Source: an uncultured delta proteobacterium (GTDB lineage: Bacteria > Desulfobacterota > Binatia > UBA9968). From it: a stretch of 64,000 nucleotides of DNA. The notes under the pieces are model-generated. The model did no database searches and was not told the origin of the DNA. It saw nothing but the letters and a program-made list of their open reading frames with translations. Positions 59,513 to 64,000 of the stretch are shown here, piece by piece (within the stretch, counting starts at the first letter, position 1; every line of letters begins with the position of its first letter). Location of the stretch: the NCBI GenBank assembly GCA_963745035.1, contig CAVUVW010000008.1, forward strand, positions 1 through 64,000. The letters are read 5' to 3'. The translations under genes and the position numbers were made by a program.

Positions 59513-60661
59513 ATGGTTCGCATCGCGTCGTTCAATGTGGAAAACCTCTTCGCGCGGCCAAACGCATTCAATACCGCCGATTGGTCTTTGGGCGAACCGA
59601 TATTGGACGCCTACCAAAAAGTGAATGCTCTGTTTGCACACGACCCCTACAGCGCTGCTGACAAAGAGGAAATCATCGACCTCCTTGTTCGGCTGGATAT
59701 CTACACCGTAAATAGCCACGGAGCCATCCGGCGCAAGGAAACCTTATCGCCACGCTGGGCGTGGCTGAGAAAAAATCGCGGTAAATTTGACCGCGAACCC
59801 AATGATCCGACGCAAAGCGTCGAGATTATTGCCACCGGCCGTTCAGACTGGATTGGCTGGGTCGAGCTGGCTACGGAGCCCGTCAATGAGACCAGCACAA
59901 GGATGACTGCACGGGTCATCGGCGACGTTGGCGCCGATATTATCGGGATTGTAGAAGCCGAGGACCGGCCATCGCTCGTCCGGTTCAACACCGAACTGCT
60001 TGGGGGACAGTATCGCCATGCCATGTTGGTGGATGGCAATGATGATCGTGGCATCGATGTCGGCATCATGACCCGTAATAATTTCGCCATTGAGTCAATT
60101 CGTTCCAATGTCGACACCGAAGATGCAATTGGCACTATTTTCAGCCGGGATTGCCCACAGTATGAGATCCGCACACCGAATGGCACGGTGCTCCATTTGC
60201 TGGTCAATCACTTCAAGTCCCAGTCTGGAGGTGGTGGTGCTAAACGTAAACGTCAAGCGGCTGAAGTGCGGAAAATCGTCAACGGTCTGGTTGCCCAGGG
60301 CCAACATGTCGTCGTGCTTGGCGACCTCAATGAGGGACCGGATACCGTCGGCAGCCAAGCCGAAAATTTGCAGGATCTATTCAACAATAACAGTCCGCTG
60401 GTTGACTGCTACTCGCTCTCATCTTTCCAAGTCGGCAACCGGCCTGGCAGCTTCGACTCGTGTGGGTTACACAACCGTCTCGACTACATACTGATCTCTA
60501 ATAGCTTGCTCTCTAGTTTCAGCGGCGGAGGTGTGTTTCGCGAAGGCCTGTGGGGTAGTCGTGTGACCCGCCCGACCGCCTGGAGCACATACCCGGAGAT
60601 AACGCAATCATCCGAGGGGGCTTCCGATCACGCGGCTTTGTTTGTCGATCTGAACATTTAA
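59513..60661 (+). CDS. Endonuclease/exonuclease/phosphatase (EEP) family protein
   Basis: IASFNVENLF, GNDDRGIDVG, NHFKS, LGDLN, RLDYIL, ASDH. Confidence 0.9.
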   Translation: MVRIASFNVENLFARPNAFNTADWSLGEPILDAYQKVNALFAHDPYSAADKEEIIDLLVRLDIYTVNSHGAIRRKETLSPRWAWLRKNRGKFDREPNDPTQSVEIIATGRSDWIGWVELATEPVNETSTRMTARVIGDVGADIIGIVEAEDRPSLVRFNTELLGGQYRHAMLVDGNDDRGIDVGIMTRNNFAIESIRSNVDTEDAIGTIFSRDCPQYEIRTPNGTVLHLLVNHFKSQSGGGGAKRKRQAAEVRKIVNGLVAQGQHVVVLGDLNEGPDTVGSQAENLQDLFNNNSPLVDCYSLSSFQVGNRPGSFDSCGLHNRLDYILISNSLLSSFSGGGVFREGLWGSRVTRPTAWSTYPEITQSSEGASDHAALFVDLNI

Positions 60662-60826
60662 CGGCGGATAATGCTAAAGAAGACAGGTAAAGTAGAGAAC
60701 AGGCAAAAATTGCTCGGTGGACCTGTCTGCATCCACACGCAACCCGGCTCCGCACGGCATCAGTTGTCCTTGACTCCCACCTCCACCTGTCGGAGAATCC
60801 AACACAATCGACGAACGGAGAACTAA

Positions 60827-61802
60827 ATGATCACATCCAACGATTTGACAGGCATCATGGCGATGATGCCGGCGTTTACGACTAAGGACGGCGATCGGAT
60901 CGATGCGACGGATACGGTGGATACCGAGGAGCTGGCGCGCGCGGTCGACAAGTTGATTCGCGACGGCGGCGTCGATGTTTTGACGACCACCGGGAGTTTC
61001 GGCGAGTTTCATACCCTGCTCTGGGACGAGCACAAGAAATTGATCGAGGCGACGGTGGCGGCGGTGAAGAAGCGGGTTCCAGTGCTCATCGGCTGCACGA
61101 ACTTGAATCCGCGCGAGGCGATCCGCCAGGCGAAGTTTGCCCAGGAAGCCGGCGCCGACGGTTTGTTGCTCGGCGTGCCCTTCTACTATGCGGCGACCGT
61201 CGATAACGCAGTGCAGTTCTACCACGACGTCGCCGAAGCGCTGCCGAAGATGGGCGTGATGATCTATCACAACCCGACCCATCATCGAGTGACGATTCCG
61301 GTGAGCGCGTTCAAGAAAATCACCGAAAAGCCGAACATCGTCGGCATGAAAGATTCGCACCGCACGCCGCTGCAGTTCGTCGAGCTGTGTGCGATCACCA
61401 AAGGCAAGATGAGCGTCTTCGTCAATCAGAACCAGATGTTTCCTTACTATCAGCTCGGCGCCGCGGGCTGCTGGTCGTTCAACGTCTGGATGGGACCGTC
61501 GCCGGTTGCGACCTTGCGCGATGCCTGCGTGGCGCAGGATTGGGAGACGGCGAAGCGAATTTGCTTGGACTTGGAAGCGACCAACAGAGTCGGGCCCGAA
61601 TATCGGCAACCTCTCCTGGCGCGAGAATGTATTCAAATTGTCGACCAACGAGGCCGGCTATTGCACCGCCGGTCCGCTGCGCGCGCCCTGGCGCATCGTG
61701 CCTCAGGAAGTCACGGACAACAGCAAAAAAATCGCGGCGTATTGGAAGACCCTGTGCGAGAAATATCCGCTGGGCAAAGAGCAGATTAGAAAAACTGCGT
61801 AG
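60827..61802 (+). CDS. DHDPS/NAL-family aldolase (NahE-like hydratase-aldolase); frameshift near 61610
   Basis: GSFGE instead of GTTGE, YHNP, GMKDS Schiff-base Lys; C-terminus AGPLRAPW in ORF 61506-61802. Confidence 0.8.
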
Positions 61803-61840
61803 CGTATTCGTTCAAGGGTTCAAAGGTTCAAGGTCAGACA

Positions 61841-61877
61841 CGAAGCCCCTCGGCAAATCCGAGGGGCTTCGTTTTTT
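61841..61877 (+). terminator. Rho-independent terminator
   Basis: CGAAGCCCCTCGG-CAAAT-CCGAGGGGCTTCG followed by TTTTTT. Confidence 0.85.
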
Positions 61878-61980
61878 GGCGCCGCAGGTAACGCAAATCG
61901 ACCTGGCGTGTGCTGGACCTTCGCCTCGATTTGAGTGTAAAAGAAAGCATTGCAGGCAAACCCAAGCTAGGGGAGAAATC

Positions 61981-63075
61981 ATGAGCACAGCGACGCAGCA
62001 AAAAATCATCGACGGCGACGGCCATGTGGTCGAAGACATCGCGAGCATCGTCAAGTACATGCCGGAAGAGTACATCGGCAGGAGCTTTTCCGAAGCGCGC
62101 GGCAAAAACCCGTTTCCGCCCATCGACCACTTGCACTCGGCAAACCGCCACTTCACGCCCAAGGGCGCCTTCGCCAACGTCGGGCGCGAAGGCTGGGAAT
62201 TGTTTCTCGAAGATGTCGGCATCGGCACCACCGTGCTCTACACCAGCGCCGGCCTCGCCTTTGGCAAAATCGTCAGCCGCGATTGGGCCATCGAGCTAGC
62301 GCGCGCCTACAATAATTGGATGCACGACACCTATACGTCGAAAAGTCCGCGCTTCAAAGCCATGGGCCTGATCCCGCTCCAGGAGCCGGCGGAAGCGGTC
62401 ATCGAGCTGCGCCGCATCGTACGCGACCTCGGCTTTTCCGGCGCCATGCTGCCGTCGATGGGCGTCAACATGCCGCACCTGGGCTCGCAGAAATATTGGC
62501 CGATCTATGGCGAAGCCGAGCGCTTGGGCTGCGCCATCGCGATTCACGGCGGCGCCCACGAAAATCTTTTGATGGACGACACCAGCCCCTACGCCATCGC
62601 CAATGCTCTCGGCCATCCGATGAGCCAGATGATCGGCTTCGCCGGCATCATCTTCAACGGCATCTTCGATAAATTCCCCGGCTTGCGCATCGGCTTCATG
62701 GAAGCGGGCTGCGCCTGGCTGCTCACCTGCATGGAGCGCTTCACCGGCTCCTGGGCGAGCCACGTGCAATACGATCCGCGCAATCGATTCCTGCAGCTCA
62801 AGAAAGGCGAAAAGATCATCGACTATATTCTACGCCACATCGACGACGGCCGGATCTTCGTCGGCTGCGAAGGCGAGGAGCTCAGCATCTCCGAAGCGGT
62901 CAGCATTACCGGGAATAAGCCCTACGTGTTTTCGACCGACTATCCGCACGAGGTCGACGCACAAACCTGCAAGCACGAGTTGGAAGAGCTGCGCGAAAAT
63001 ACCCAACTCAGCACCGCGGACAAGGACGCGATCCTGTTCGGCAACTCGCAGCGGTTTTATCAGTTGGTCCAGTGA
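61981..63075 (+). CDS. Amidohydrolase_2 family protein
   Basis: IIDGDGH, YNNW, AIH, GFMEAG..W, FSTDYPH. Confidence 0.9.
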   Translation: MSTATQQKIIDGDGHVVEDIASIVKYMPEEYIGRSFSEARGKNPFPPIDHLHSANRHFTPKGAFANVGREGWELFLEDVGIGTTVLYTSAGLAFGKIVSRDWAIELARAYNNWMHDTYTSKSPRFKAMGLIPLQEPAEAVIELRRIVRDLGFSGAMLPSMGVNMPHLGSQKYWPIYGEAERLGCAIAIHGGAHENLLMDDTSPYAIANALGHPMSQMIGFAGIIFNGIFDKFPGLRIGFMEAGCAWLLTCMERFTGSWASHVQYDPRNRFLQLKKGEKIIDYILRHIDDGRIFVGCEGEELSISEAVSITGNKPYVFSTDYPHEVDAQTCKHELEELRENTQLSTADKDAILFGNSQRFYQLVQ

Positions 63076-63078
63076 ATC

Positions 63079-63107
63079 GTAGGGGCGGGTTTGAAACCCG
63101 CCCCTAC
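63079..63107. repeat. REP palindrome GTAGGGGCGGGTTTGAAACCCGCCCCTAC
   Basis: Near-identical to 10162-10192. Confidence 0.75.
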
Positions 63108-63141
63108 ATCGTGACAGTACAATTAGCATGAGGATCTGAAC

Positions 63142-64000
63142 ATGAGCGACAAGAAGCACAAAATCATCGACGGTGACGGCCATGTGGTGGAAAGTCACAC
63201 CGAGATCGCGGCGCGCATGCCGAAAGAATACCGCGACCGCTTCGGAGCCGCGCGCGGGCCCTACCCGCCCAACGATCATCTCCACGCCGCCAACGCGCAT
63301 TTTCTGCCGCCCGGAGCGTTTGCCAAAGTCGGGCGCGACGGCTGGATCGATTTCATGGAAGACGTGGGACTTGCGAGCGCGGTGCTTTATCCAACGAACG
63401 GTTTATCGTTCGGTCGGGTCGTCAGTTTGGACTGGGCGATCGAGCTTGCCCATGCCTACAACGACTGGATGCACGACGAATACTTGACCAAGAGCAACCG
63501 CTTTCAGGCGCTCGGTTTGATTCCATTGCAGGAGCCCGGGGAAGCGGTCAAGGAGCTTCGCCGCATCGTCAAGGATCTCGGCTTCTGCGGCGCCATGCTG
63601 CCGAGCACCGGCGTAATGGGCGCGCAAAACCATCTCGGCGACGATAAATACTGGCCGATCTACGAGGAGGCCAATCGCCTCGAATGCTGCATCGGCATCC
63701 ACGGCGGGGTGCACGATCATATGGGCTTGGACGACATGACGCCCTACGCTCCGGTCAACGCGCTCGGCCATCCCTTCGGCCAGATGGTCAACTTCGCGGG
63801 CATTCTTTTCAACGGCGTGTTCGACAGGTACCCCAAGGTTCGCTTCGGCTTCATGGAGGCGGGCTCCGGCTGGTTCGTCAACTGCATCGAGCGCTTCGAA
63901 CGCGCCTGGAACAGCCACGTGCAGTACGATCCGCGCGGCCGCTTTCTCAAGCTGCGGGAAAAGGAATCGATCACCGAGTACATCAAGCGCCATATCGACG
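63142..64000 (+). CDS. Amidohydrolase_2 family protein, tandem paralog (runs off window end)
   Basis: MSDKKHKIIDGDGHVVE...LIPLQEP.EAV.ELRRIV...GFMEAGSGW; absent from the ORF track because it has no stop in the window. Confidence 0.88.
   Translation, partial: MSDKKHKIIDGDGHVVESHTEIAARMPKEYRDRFGAARGPYPPNDHLHAANAHFLPPGAFAKVGRDGWIDFMEDVGLASAVLYPTNGLSFGRVVSLDWAIELAHAYNDWMHDEYLTKSNRFQALGLIPLQEPGEAVKELRRIVKDLGFCGAMLPSTGVMGAQNHLGDDKYWPIYEEANRLECCIGIHGGVHDHMGLDDMTPYAPVNALGHPFGQMVNFAGILFNGVFDRYPKVRFGFMEAGSGWFVNCIERFERAWNSHVQYDPRGRFLKLREKESITEYIKRHID

Overview
GC-rich bacterial window of mostly accessory catabolic and transport genes. The many stand-alone solute-binding proteins, amidohydrolases, VOC proteins and dense short intergenic palindromes resemble Candidatus Binatia-type (ex-Deltaproteobacteria) genomes; this taxonomy is an inference. 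About 15 solute-binding-fold proteins (TctC/Bug, NitT/TauT, Fe/thiamine-type, DppA, TAXI) have no cognate permease in the window; only modABC is complete. Other genes include class I fumarase, a UbiD-family decarboxylase, two molybdoenzymes, an MmgE/PrpD protein, a MetE-like protein, a metacaspase, an EEP nuclease and four MFS transporters. Roughly 20 apparent single-base frameshifts suggest an unpolished long-read assembly. Most notable: (1) a tightly coupled four-gene operon at 49490-52243 encoding a nucleotidyltransferase-like protein, a TIGR04222-type membrane protein with a Cys/Gly-rich tail, a DUF692/MNIO enzyme and a small helical partner, a candidate system for post-translational modification of a membrane protein; (2) a hidden UxxC selenoprotein with a SECIS-like hairpin at 23832-24416 (-), truncated in the ORF track; (3) a ~160-nt structured RNA candidate at 260-418; (4) two TAXI-fold proteins without signal peptides; (5) a thiolase-fold/OB-fold fusion lacking both catalytic cysteines; (6) two genes that appear to start at ATC. 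No tRNA, rRNA, CRISPR array or intact transposase was seen. All family assignments come from motif recognition, not database searches.
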